64,000 bases of DNA. Origin: a virus (lineage: Duplodnaviria > Caudoviricetes). The notes under the pieces are model-generated. The model was not told where the DNA came from. It was given only the letters and a program-made list of their open reading frames with translations, and did not search any database. This document shows, one piece after another, positions 52,101 to 61,518 of this stretch. The stretch spans positions 96,001 to 160,000 of the IMG/VR virus record IMGVR_UViG_3300014205_000003; one strand, given 5' to 3'. The position numbers were made by a program, and so were the translations under genes. Position 1 is the stretch's first letter, and each line of letters opens with the position of its first letter.

Positions 52101-53410
52101 TAAGAACGACTCGTCACAAACTAACTGATAGTAACGCCCTGAAGCAACAAAGGTTACTTTATGTTTTGACTGAGAGTAAGAACGTTGCACAAACGTACTT
52201 AGACTATTTGTGGACGTATGGTTGTACTTGGCAAACTAAAGATAGTTTGGGCGCTGGTATCCTACACACCCTAGACATATCAAGGAATCTTTTTGAACAT
52301 CCGTCTATGCTGTCAAACGTAGATTTAGAAAACAGCATTCAGGGATTCTCATCGGCCTTATCGGCGCGTCTGAAGAAGTGTATACTTACTCAAGTCTTAG
52401 GGATAGTTGGAGCATCTATAGAGAAGCAGAAGAAGCGTTTGTGGCAGCTTAACAAAAGCATAACAGAAGGAAAGTCTTGCAAGCAACTGCTCAAGAAAAT
52501 CGGACAGAATGCTCCTGTTAAACCAGATCTTTCTAACTTCTCATTAGAACTAAACACACTTTGTGTTGACCTCCGACGTTTACAAAACTCGCCGTTCGAC
52601 TATTTTGTGCAACTTAAATGCTTGGGAAAAGGTATTCCTTCCATTCGTCTTCCCATTAAGTTGCACAGAGCTGATAGGAAGTTTCAATCCTGGAGAATGC
52701 TTACCAGTTTTCTGATTTCAGAGAACGAAATACAGATACGATATGAAAAAGAGACACCGCCAAAGCTTGAACAGGGCTCGGTAGTAGGTGCCGATCAAGG
52801 TTTGAAAACAACCATAACCTTCTCTACAGGCTCTATCACTCCAGCAACAGACCCTCACGGTCATTCCCTAGAAGACGTCACTCATAAATTGTCTAGACGA
52901 CGCAAAGGCTCCAAGGGCTTTAAAAGAGCTCAAGACCATCGAAAGAACTTAATCAACTTTCAGATCAAACAACTGAACTTAACTGGCATCAAACAAATCA
53001 ATCTAGAGAAGGTCTGGAACATTGGTTACAAGACTCGTAAAAGTCGATACTTGTCGCATTGGTGTAATACACTCATCCGAGACAGACTGATCCAAGCTGG
53101 AGAAGAACAAGGGGTCCTTGTGAAACTTCAGCCATCAGTCTACAGAAGTCAGAGATGCAGTGCATGTGGGTTGGTACGAAAAGCCAATCGAAAAGGAAAG
53201 GAGTACAAATGCCTTTGTGGCTTTCATCTAGATGCAGATCTGAATGCTAGTCTCAATCATGTAGTTGAACTCCCTGAGATTTCGTTTGACTTTCGTAAGT
53301 TGAATCTAAACAGAAAGGGTTTCTATTGGAAACCTGAAGGTCTGTTTGATTTAACTGGTAGGGAGTTTGCAGTCCCCTATTCCTCACAAGAAACTGACTC
53401 TAAGTTGTAA
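52097..53410 (+). CDS. tnpB: TnpB-family RNA-guided endonuclease (divergent)
   Basis: VVGADQG, INLEKV, SQRCSACG...CLCG, DADLNASLN. Confidence 0.88.
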   Translation: MIRTTRHKLTDSNALKQQRLLYVLTESKNVAQTYLDYLWTYGCTWQTKDSLGAGILHTLDISRNLFEHPSMLSNVDLENSIQGFSSALSARLKKCILTQVLGIVGASIEKQKKRLWQLNKSITEGKSCKQLLKKIGQNAPVKPDLSNFSLELNTLCVDLRRLQNSPFDYFVQLKCLGKGIPSIRLPIKLHRADRKFQSWRMLTSFLISENEIQIRYEKETPPKLEQGSVVGADQGLKTTITFSTGSITPATDPHGHSLEDVTHKLSRRRKGSKGFKRAQDHRKNLINFQIKQLNLTGIKQINLEKVWNIGYKTRKSRYLSHWCNTLIRDRLIQAGEEQGVLVKLQPSVYRSQRCSACGLVRKANRKGKEYKCLCGFHLDADLNASLNHVVELPEISFDFRKLNLNRKGFYWKPEGLFDLTGREFAVPYSSQETDSKL

Positions 53411-53430
53411 ATGCTTAGATTTCAGTAACT

Positions 53431-53709
53431 GTCAAAGCAGGAACTGATACTGTCACATGCTGCAACGTATTGAATGTGATAAAAGAGCCTGACGTGCGTC
53501 GAAAGGTCATAGAACAGGCCTACAAGGCTTTGAAGATGCGTGGGGTAGCGTACTTCCAGATCTACGAGGGAGACGTCTCCAGCAGGCCCTGCAAGACCAC
53601 CAAAGGTTTCCAGATGAACTGCAGAGCTAGTAGCTACATTCGCGAGTTCCATGACGTGTTTCATGGCTGTGTTAATCAATACTCAAATATTCTAGTAATG
53701 AGGAAATAA
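53431..53709 (+). pseudogene. Orphan 3' half of a diverged allele of the 51323..51862 methyltransferase
   Basis: VKAGTDTVTCCNVLNVIKE...IEQAYKALK...VAYFQIYEGD...NILVMRK* aligns with the C-terminal half of the intact gene; begins at the element right end. Confidence 0.88.
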
Positions 53710-53711
53710 GT

Positions 53712-54566
53712 ATGACAGTTGCAAAGATTTACCCAAACAACGATTCTGCTTGTCCTGTCTGTAAAGGTCCGACAGTCCTTACAGAACTTACATGTCGGCA
53801 CAAGAAAGCGCTCACATTTGTTCTAAGCTGTAAGAATCACAAGTATTGCTACGAGTGTTCTAGCTCGAGTGTCTCTACACTTGCTAGTGCGCTCTCAGCG
53901 ACATACAGCGCTATGAATACACCTCCTCGTATGCAGACTGGATTTCCTACGTGCCCTCGCTGTGGTAAACAGTTTATTGAGGTTACGCATGACAGCAACA
54001 ACTACGACTTCAAGTGTCCAGAGTGCAACTTGTGGAAGATGGCTCCTACATATGCAGAACTCGAACTGCAGTTGGAAGAGATAGACGCCGATTGTAAGGA
54101 TTACGACAAGTCTATGGGACGGGCTAACAACATACGAGTCCAGAACGTGGTGAAAGAGAACGAGGAGCGATTCAACAACATGCCAACGAATTCTACAGAA
54201 CTCTCCGACGAGGAGAAAGAGAAGCTCCTTAAGGAAATGAAAGAGACAGGTAAGGGAATCAAATTCGATCAGGAAAAGCTTAAGTACTCCCTCCTACCTT
54301 GGGATGCTGTTAAAGAGGTTGTGAAAGTACTGATGATTGGTGCACGCAAGTACTCAGCTTCAAATTGGGTAGTGGTTCCCGGAGCCTCTGGAGGCACTGG
54401 TCGATACGCTAACGCGGCTATGCGACACCTTGTTTCCTATATGTCAGGAGAGAAGAATGACCCAGAGACAAAACTGTCACATTTAGCGCATTGTGCGTGC
54501 TGCATTCTTTTTCTGCTTGCTTATGATCTTAGAGGCATTGTATCTAAACCAGAGGAATCCAAGTAA
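53712..54566 (+). CDS. Zn-ribbon + DUF5664-like dATP/dGTP diphosphohydrolase domain protein
   Basis: KFDQEK..YSLLP...GARKY...NW...AAMRHL...DPETKLSHLAH. Confidence 0.75.
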   Translation: MTVAKIYPNNDSACPVCKGPTVLTELTCRHKKALTFVLSCKNHKYCYECSSSSVSTLASALSATYSAMNTPPRMQTGFPTCPRCGKQFIEVTHDSNNYDFKCPECNLWKMAPTYAELELQLEEIDADCKDYDKSMGRANNIRVQNVVKENEERFNNMPTNSTELSDEEKEKLLKEMKETGKGIKFDQEKLKYSLLPWDAVKEVVKVLMIGARKYSASNWVVVPGASGGTGRYANAAMRHLVSYMSGEKNDPETKLSHLAHCACCILFLLAYDLRGIVSKPEESK

Positions 54567-54567
54567 C

Positions 54568-55689
54568 ATGTACAAAGAATTCCCCGCTCTGTTCAAGAAA
54601 ACGTCAACAGGTGCCCTTCAGACCTGGAAAATCTGTGTCGACTACGACAAAATCATCACCTTCTTTGGTCAGGTCGGTGGCGCAATTCAAGAGACTGCTC
54701 CTACGATCTGTCAAGGGAAGAATCTGGGTAAAGCCAATTCTACTACAGGAGAGACTCAAGCTCTCTTGGAAGCTGAAGCACAGTGGACGAAGAAGCTGAA
54801 GAAAGATTATGTCAAGACTCCTGAAGAAGCTATGGCAGGCAAGTCCAGTGAGTTGATCGAAGGCGGAATCCTTCCGATGCTTGCTCACAAGTTCAGCGAA
54901 CAAGGACACAAGATTAAATATCCATGTGCATGTCAGGGTAAGCTTGACGGCCATAGATGTATTGCTGTTATTGACGAGAATGGTAAGTGTACTTTGTGGA
55001 GTCGTACTCGTAAGCAGATCTTCAGTGCTCCTCACATCGTTGCAGAGATTGAGAAGAAAGCTTTAAAGAGCTACGTGCTGGACGGGGAGTTATATAACAG
55101 TCGATATAACGACAGGTTTGAAGAGCTTACTAGTTTGATTCGTCAGGAAGTTCCTTCCCCTAACTGTACAGAGATTGAATATCACATCTACGATTATCCG
55201 ATAGCGGATAAGACCTTTGAAGTGCGTAATCAGTTATTGCGCACTTGGTTCATGTGGCCTGAGGCAAATTCTCATCTGGTTTACGTTGAGACTCTCAAGG
55301 TCAACGACGAAGACGAGCTGATGCTTGCCTTCAACAAGTTCCTTGCAGACGGTTACGAAGGTGCTATTGCACGCAATGTCGATGGCATGTATGTCAATAA
55401 GCGTTCGTATGATCTGCAGAAGATCAAAGAGTTCGACGACGCAGAGTTCAAGATTGTAGGAGTTGAAGAAGGTAAGGGTAAGCTTGCAGGTCATGGGATC
55501 TTCGTTTGTGTGACTGACGAAGGTCAGACGTTCAACGCTAAGATGAAGGGTTCTACAGAGGCTCTGAAGGACTACTTGGAGCATCCTGAGAAGTATATCG
55601 GAAAGCTGTTAACGGTACAGCATCAGGGTAAGTCTGCTAGTAAAATTCCCAGGTTTCCTGTAGCTCTTCACATTCGTCAAGATGTTTAA
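54568..55689 (+). CDS. ATP-dependent DNA ligase
   Basis: PMLAH, KLDGHR, LDGELY, YEGAIAR, KRS..LQKIK, PRFP. Confidence 0.92.
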   Translation: MYKEFPALFKKTSTGALQTWKICVDYDKIITFFGQVGGAIQETAPTICQGKNLGKANSTTGETQALLEAEAQWTKKLKKDYVKTPEEAMAGKSSELIEGGILPMLAHKFSEQGHKIKYPCACQGKLDGHRCIAVIDENGKCTLWSRTRKQIFSAPHIVAEIEKKALKSYVLDGELYNSRYNDRFEELTSLIRQEVPSPNCTEIEYHIYDYPIADKTFEVRNQLLRTWFMWPEANSHLVYVETLKVNDEDELMLAFNKFLADGYEGAIARNVDGMYVNKRSYDLQKIKEFDDAEFKIVGVEEGKGKLAGHGIFVCVTDEGQTFNAKMKGSTEALKDYLEHPEKYIGKLLTVQHQGKSASKIPRFPVALHIRQDV

Positions 55690-55705
55690 CTGAAAGGACT
55701 TACAC

Positions 55706-56599
55706 ATGTCTTATATGCACGTGGACAACCTTTATAAGAACCAGACCGTTATGCTTTTCAAGCAGTGTTACGCTATGGAGAAGATTCATGGCACATCTGC
55801 TCACATCTCTTGGAAGGCTGGTAAAGTCTCCTTCTTTGCAGGAGGAGCTTCTCACTTAGCATTCGTAAAGCTCTTCAACATTGAAGATTTGACTGCAAAG
55901 TTCACAGAGTTCTTTGGTATCGAGAAAGACGTTACGATCTTTGGTGAAGCTTATGGTGGGAGTATGCAGGCTATGTCAGCCACATACGGAAAGGTTCTGA
56001 AGTTCGTGGCTTTTGAGATCGGTGTTGGAGAACATTGTTTTCTCAATGTAAAAGACGCTCACGAACTTGTCTTGAAGATGGGACTTGAGTTTGTAGACTA
56101 CGCAATCATCGACTGTACAGTTGAAGCTCTTGACAGAGAGATGATGAGAGATTCAGTTCAAGCTGTAAGGAATGGTTGTGGAGAAGGGCATAAGCGTGAA
56201 GGAGTTGTTCTCCGTCCGCTTGTGGAAATGCGAACCAGCAATGGTGCGAGAGTTATCTCGAAGCACAAGAGAGCTGACTTCCAACCTGAACGCAAAAATC
56301 AACCTTCTCTTGCAGATCCTGAGAAGCAAGCAGTTTTGACAGAGGCTTCAGAGATTGCGGATGAGTGGGTTACTCCTGGACGACTGGAACATGTCTTGGA
56401 TAAACTGTTTGTCAACAATACGGCACCTGACATCACGCGTATGAAGGATGTGCTTGCAGCAATGGTTGAGGATGTTGTACGAGAAGCTGAGAGTGAGATT
56501 GTAGACAGTAAAGAAGTGCGTTCAGCTATTTCACGTAAGACTGCACAACTGTTCAAATCGAAACTTGAACACAGCTTGAAGGACACAGGAACTGTATGA
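55706..56599 (+). CDS. RNA ligase (Rnl2-like nucleotidyltransferase)
   Basis: MEKIHGT, IFGEAYG, FVAFEI, REGVVLRP, ISKHK. Confidence 0.8.
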   Translation: MSYMHVDNLYKNQTVMLFKQCYAMEKIHGTSAHISWKAGKVSFFAGGASHLAFVKLFNIEDLTAKFTEFFGIEKDVTIFGEAYGGSMQAMSATYGKVLKFVAFEIGVGEHCFLNVKDAHELVLKMGLEFVDYAIIDCTVEALDREMMRDSVQAVRNGCGEGHKREGVVLRPLVEMRTSNGARVISKHKRADFQPERKNQPSLADPEKQAVLTEASEIADEWVTPGRLEHVLDKLFVNNTAPDITRMKDVLAAMVEDVVREAESEIVDSKEVRSAISRKTAQLFKSKLEHSLKDTGTV

Positions 56600-58660
56600 A
56601 GACGTACATCTTTCGCAAGATGTTTACGGACTTGTACTACATGGTGGATGCTCGGGGCATTCCGCACACTACAGGGAACATTGAGATGGCTCTTGTGTTC
56701 CCCAGCGATGTATACAAGGAGCCTTCTGCTAGTGAGTACCTTCAGGAAGATGTTCCTTGTCTGCGAGAGCTGATTGAAAAAGAGTTGTCTCCGATGAATG
56801 AGAGTATGAGGTACAAGTGGAATCACATTTGGGGATCTAAGTGGCTTACAGAACCGGAAGCTGATGAAGTCTCCTTTGAGACAGCTCTGCAGTGTGTTGA
56901 ATACGCCTTGCAGGATAATCTGGAAGTAGTCTTAGAGAAGAATGATGATTCCGGCGAGATGATGTGGCATGTCGTTGTACATGACAGTGAAAAGTACAAA
57001 GATCCGTTCACCTCAGGCTTCTGGATGTGTTCGTATCTGACTAAGAAGGAAGCTGTCAGTGTCTGTGATGTCATGAAGTGGAAGATTATGAAATGAGCAA
57101 ACTCAAACACAGTGAAGACGACTATCCAGCTTGGATCTGTATGAGTTGTGGATGGAAGCTGGGCAAAGCGCCTAGTGAGAAAGCTATTTGTACATTTCAC
57201 AACGGTACGTGTGATGTGTGTAAGACTGAGTGTGCTGTAACAGAACCTAGGGACTTCGGTCACCTTAAGAACAATTGGAGAGAACTGAAGAATGCGTAAA
57301 GACTTGAAGGCGTACCGAATGGTTGCAAACGCTCTTGCGCGTAGTGAAGATACTTGCGTGGCAGCGGAAGCTATTCGAGAGTTGCTGGAAGAGCTGCACA
57401 AGGAGTACATGTTTGTTGATGCCTTGAAGCGGACTGTAGAAGCTCGTATTGACTGCTACCACAAGAGCGTGGCTCTTAAACAACTCTTGGACGAACATGA
57501 CTAACTACAACAAGTACCATCAGCTGATTGATCAAGGCCGATTGGGGTATGTTACGCCAGATGATCTCACAGCGGCTTGTTCCCAGCTCCTCGAGCAGTT
57601 GATCAAAGCTGAGAACTGCCTTGTCTCAATTGGCAAGTACTGTCAAGACGATATGCCTCCAGATAGTGACGATGCTCGTAATATTCTGCGGAGGGTGGAC
57701 ACGTATGACTGACTACAAAGAGTATCAAGCAGCTCTTGACGATTACTTGGAAGATGAATTTGTAAGTGCTCGAAACGTTCTGAGCAAATATGTAGATCTT
57801 CTTGACCAGTTGAAGTATGCGGAGAAGACGCTTGCAGACATTCGTGAGTATATCGAAAATGATGTGCGTAATGGTGACAGTCTAACTGCTTACGACATTC
57901 TGCAGAAGATCAAAACATATGAACAATGATATAGCTCAAGCAATTACAGACGCTTCCTTTATTGCTGACGCTCTATCCAAGAATCATATGTCCAGCAGCG
58001 GCGACCAAATTCGAATACTGGTTACTGAGGTGCAAAGACTTCAGAAATGCTCAGAAGTACTTATAGACACGATCCACATTCTCTCCGACAGACTAGAAAG
58101 TGCTGAGAAGACACTTGCAGACATCAAGCAGGATTGTGAGAGTTGTGCAGAGTGCGATGACGTAGATCTCATTGTAGAATCCGTTCCTAAAAGGATACAG
58201 GCGTATGAAGAAAACCAAAAGCAAAAAGTCTGACAAGTGGATCTTGGAAGTTACTACAGAGCAAGCTTACTTGATTCAGCAAGCTGTCGAGCACATGGCG
58301 AGAATCCTTGCAGGTCAGCTCTCTGAAGTTCGAAGTGCTGTAGTTTTTCGTCCAAGGAAAGTAGAGAATGTGGAAGAACTCGCAGACTATCCAGACAACG
58401 AGAAGATTGACAAAGCTCTGCACGACTTGAAAGCTTCTCTCTTTCCAGAGCTTCATCCCAATGCTTCCTATGGAGTAGGCTCTAAAGAGTGTCATCCAGA
58501 CTGTCACAGATATTGGGACTTGTATCAGATAATTCGCAGACCTCTGTTTCTGGATCGCACTAAAGATACTGCAAAAGAGGATTCATATAGTGTTCTTGGC
58601 AACTCATTCATGCAAACCTCTGACCTTCCTCCAGCTCTCTTCAAGAAACTTGAACAATAA
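56596..58660 (+). CDS. Run of seven hypothetical proteins, including related helical ORFs at 57497, 57705 and 57919 (AEKTLADI motif)
   Basis: Contiguous coupled ORFs. Confidence 0.65.
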
Positions 58661-58701
58661 CTGTACTTGATTCAATAACAGCAACCTAAAGGATAACACA
58701 C

Positions 58702-60937
58702 ATGCTACTCAACGCGGCTCGTACTACTGTTTGGAACTGGGACAATGTCACTTCTTCACTCTGCCCTGACTGCGGCGAAAAGCTTATGGCTCGTCGCTGT
58801 GAAGACAAGATCTGGCACTGGGCTCATTACCCTCTCCCTAAAGGTGCAACCCCTCGTGCATGTCATGCAGAAGAGACTGCTTGGCGCTTGCAGTGGAAGT
58901 TTGCACAGATGTGCAATGATGGCTGGGAGATCGAGAAGCGTGTAGAGCTTGAAGGTAAGATTACTGTTTTGGATGCTTACAATGCTGAACAGAATCAAGT
59001 AACTATCTTCGTTCACAGCACTTCACCTAAGTCCCTCGAACGATTCGAACGTCTCAAGCGCAGTTCCTACAACTGCTACTGGATCAACTAAGGTCCCTTT
59101 GTCTGGTAACAGGCATTGAAAAGAAAGTGAATTGCTGGGACACCTAAAGTGCACATCTGTGCGCCATGGCAATCAGCAGCCGACCTCTTAATAGACCCTA
59201 GTGGCCTCTAAGAGAAGGTTCAACGACTAGTCCGTAAGGACGTAGGGTCAAGCGGCCCGAAGCACTCTCTCCTGAGCAATTAGGAGAATGATATAGCCTT
59301 TGCCACAGTGAAAATTGTGGGAGTCCTGATTAACCATCAGCAAACCGGCAGTACTTAGCGAGTACTGTTGAAAACAACTATACGAAGTAGAAATTTCGTT
59401 TTGTTTCTCAAGTAGTTTACAAATTCTGATTTGATGTATTATAATAATCCATATGCAGCGTTCACATAAAATTCGATTAGATCCTACAGTCAAGCAAGAA
59501 GTCGCAATGCGACAAGCTGCTGGAACTGCGAGATTTACTTGGAATTACGCGCTGGCTATGTGGAAAAAGCAATACGACGATTTTAAGCTAGGGCTGGCGA
59601 CTAAACCAGATGTCTACAGTATCTCCAGACGTTGGACACAAGAAAAACCAGATTGGGCTCGAGAAGTTGCATGCGGTCTTCAGAACCGTGCAATTATGAC
59701 TCTCGGAAAAGCTATGATCAGTTTTTGGAACGGGAAGACAAATTTCCCGAAATTCCATAAGAAGTCTGACAAGTCTTCTTTCTATGTGGCTAATAGTCAT
59801 GGTTATATCAAAGATGGCCGGATACACATTACGAATGTTGGAAAAGTAAAACTAGCAGAAGCTCCCCGTTTTGAGGGGCGAACGCTGTGTTATACTGTTT
59901 CTCATTCTGCAGGTAAATGGTTTGTGTCTGTTCAAGTAGAATTGACAGAACCTATTGTACCTAATCCGTCCTTGTCTGTAGTTGGTGTAGACGTCGGGAT
60001 TAAGAACATTGCAGTTGCAAGCGATGGCACTTCGTTGCCAAATCCTCATTTTCTTATCAAGCAACAACGACAGTTGAAATACTATCAACGTCAATTAGCG
60101 CGACAAGTAAAAGGATCAAATCGCCGCAATGCAACGAAAACCCGTATTGCAAAGATCCATCAGAAGATTGTAAATCAACGTCAGGACTGTGTCCACAAGT
60201 TCACTACAGCTCTTGCCAAAAACCACGGCACTGCAGTGATCGAAACACTGGACATCGAGAGTATGAAAAGTTCAGACAAGGTCTGGATGAATCGTGCTCT
60301 CCAAGACACCTGCATGCGCGAGGTCCACAGGCAACTGGAGTACAAGATGAGGGAGCTCGTAAAAGCTCCTAAGTTCTTCCCCAGCTCCAAGACCTGCTCG
60401 TCATGTGGAGATGTCAAAGAGTCCTTGCCACCCTCTATTAGGGTGTACAGATGTCAGTGTGGCTTAGAGATCGACCGCGATCTCAACGCTGCACTGAACT
60501 TGAGAAACAGGAGTTGGGTAACAACTTCTACATGCGTGGAGACCTCTAAAGGGTCTACGAAGCGCAAAACGAAACTCGTTGCCGCTAGGTAACGAACCTC
60601 GTATTACAGCTATGACGGAAAGGCCCTTGGCTCTGCTCGTACACGTCGATGCATGTGGGATGATACGTTGAAGAAGTACATGTTGTATCAACGCATGTTG
60701 AAGCCTGCTGCTATGGGTCTCTACAAGGCTACAGGAGGCGCTGTACATCGCTATGAGGGTCTGTACCACTGTAAGGACGTGAATCCCTATTATGGCTATG
60801 GAAAGGTTCGTGACATTACTCGTTGGACAGCGTTGGAAGGTCCGTTGACGCAGAAGGCTTTGGAGAACTTCCACAGTGCTCTGAGTCTGATGAACTTCCT
60901 TCGCAGGGATGATGAAAAGCCGCAGGTGAGTCCTTGA
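58702..60937 (+). CDS. CoiA-like putative nuclease, spliced join(58702..59084,60610..60937), 236 aa
   Basis: CPDCG...WHWAH...C..EETAW N-terminus; splicing gives YNCYWI|YDGKALGS in frame. Confidence 0.75.
59085..60609 (+). mobile_element. Group I intron carrying tnpB (IStron-like, no tnpA)
   Basis: P1 GGAU|C/GGUCC with U-G at the splice site; core GAATTGCTGGGA, AATCAGCAG, CAACGACTA, GATATAGCC; terminal G 60609; in-frame exon join. Confidence 0.88.
59453..60592 (+). CDS. tnpB: TnpB (IS605 OrfB type with N-terminal HTH)
   Basis: HKIRLDP...AGTARFTWN; VGVDVG, VIETL, SSKTCSSCG, DRDLNAALNL. Confidence 0.93.
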   Translation: MQRSHKIRLDPTVKQEVAMRQAAGTARFTWNYALAMWKKQYDDFKLGLATKPDVYSISRRWTQEKPDWAREVACGLQNRAIMTLGKAMISFWNGKTNFPKFHKKSDKSSFYVANSHGYIKDGRIHITNVGKVKLAEAPRFEGRTLCYTVSHSAGKWFVSVQVELTEPIVPNPSLSVVGVDVGIKNIAVASDGTSLPNPHFLIKQQRQLKYYQRQLARQVKGSNRRNATKTRIAKIHQKIVNQRQDCVHKFTTALAKNHGTAVIETLDIESMKSSDKVWMNRALQDTCMREVHRQLEYKMRELVKAPKFFPSSKTCSSCGDVKESLPPSIRVYRCQCGLEIDRDLNAALNLRNRSWVTTSTCVETSKGSTKRKTKLVAAR

Positions 60938-61518
60938 GTCTTAGGGTCATTTGCGGGTGTGAGTCGAGTGGTGTTGTTCGCGAGGCCTTTAGGAAGCTTG
61001 GACACAATGCTTGGTCGTGTGACTTGCTTCCCGCAGATGACAACAGTGAATATCACTTTCAGTGTGATATCAGAGACATCATAGGGCGTAATTGGGATCT
61101 CGCTGTCCTGCATCCTCCTTGTACGCATCTTTGTGTCTCAGGAGCTCGCTGGTTCAAGAACAAGAAAGTTGAACAGGAAGAGGCTTTGGAGTTTGTCAGA
61201 TATCTGATGAACGTTCCGATTCCTCACACCTGTATTGAGAATCCTGTAGGGATCCTTTCTACACGAATCTGTAAACCTACTCAGTACATTCAGCCCTACG
61301 AATACGGATGTGGGGAGACTAAGAAGACAGGGCTCTGGCTAAAGAACCTTACTCCTCTAGTTCCTACAGACATTGTAGAAGGTCGTTCTAACAGGATTCA
61401 CATGATGCCTCCAGGTCCTACTCGCTGGAAAGAACGAAGTCGTACGTATCCCGGTATTGCTAAAGCTATGGCAGAACAGTTCTCACACTACATACTTAAC
61501 CAAAGGAAAACACCATGA
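60934..61518 (+). CDS. Short phage DNA cytosine methyltransferase-like protein
   Basis: CESSGVVR, WSCDL, HPPCT, IENP, KKTGLW. Confidence 0.8.
   Translation: MSLRVICGCESSGVVREAFRKLGHNAWSCDLLPADDNSEYHFQCDIRDIIGRNWDLAVLHPPCTHLCVSGARWFKNKKVEQEEALEFVRYLMNVPIPHTCIENPVGILSTRICKPTQYIQPYEYGCGETKKTGLWLKNLTPLVPTDIVEGRSNRIHMMPPGPTRWKERSRTYPGIAKAMAEQFSHYILNQRKTP

Larger units (their letters stand above)
51890..53432 (+). mobile_element. TnpB cassette 3: mini-HTH + divergent tnpB + omegaRNA, no transposase
   Basis: Left end TATGCTATATTAGTATTCAATAGAAAGGCTAGGTTA identical to cassette 1; right end ...CAGTAACTGT resembles GGTAACTAT. Confidence 0.8.
3711..59162. repeat. Dispersed palindrome GCACA-NN-TGTGC (at least 9 copies)
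   Basis: Starts at 3711, 7957, 20290, 32816, 35479, 44393, 51393, 58903, 59151. Confidence 0.85.

Noticed and set aside
52097-53410. Cas12f/Cas14 CRISPR effector
   Set aside because: No adjacent repeat-spacer array; same cassette ends and HTH as the other TnpBs.
51600-53709. Diversity-generating retroelement TR/VR pair in the duplicated MTase halves
   Set aside because: The differences are not adenine-specific and no reverse transcriptase is present.
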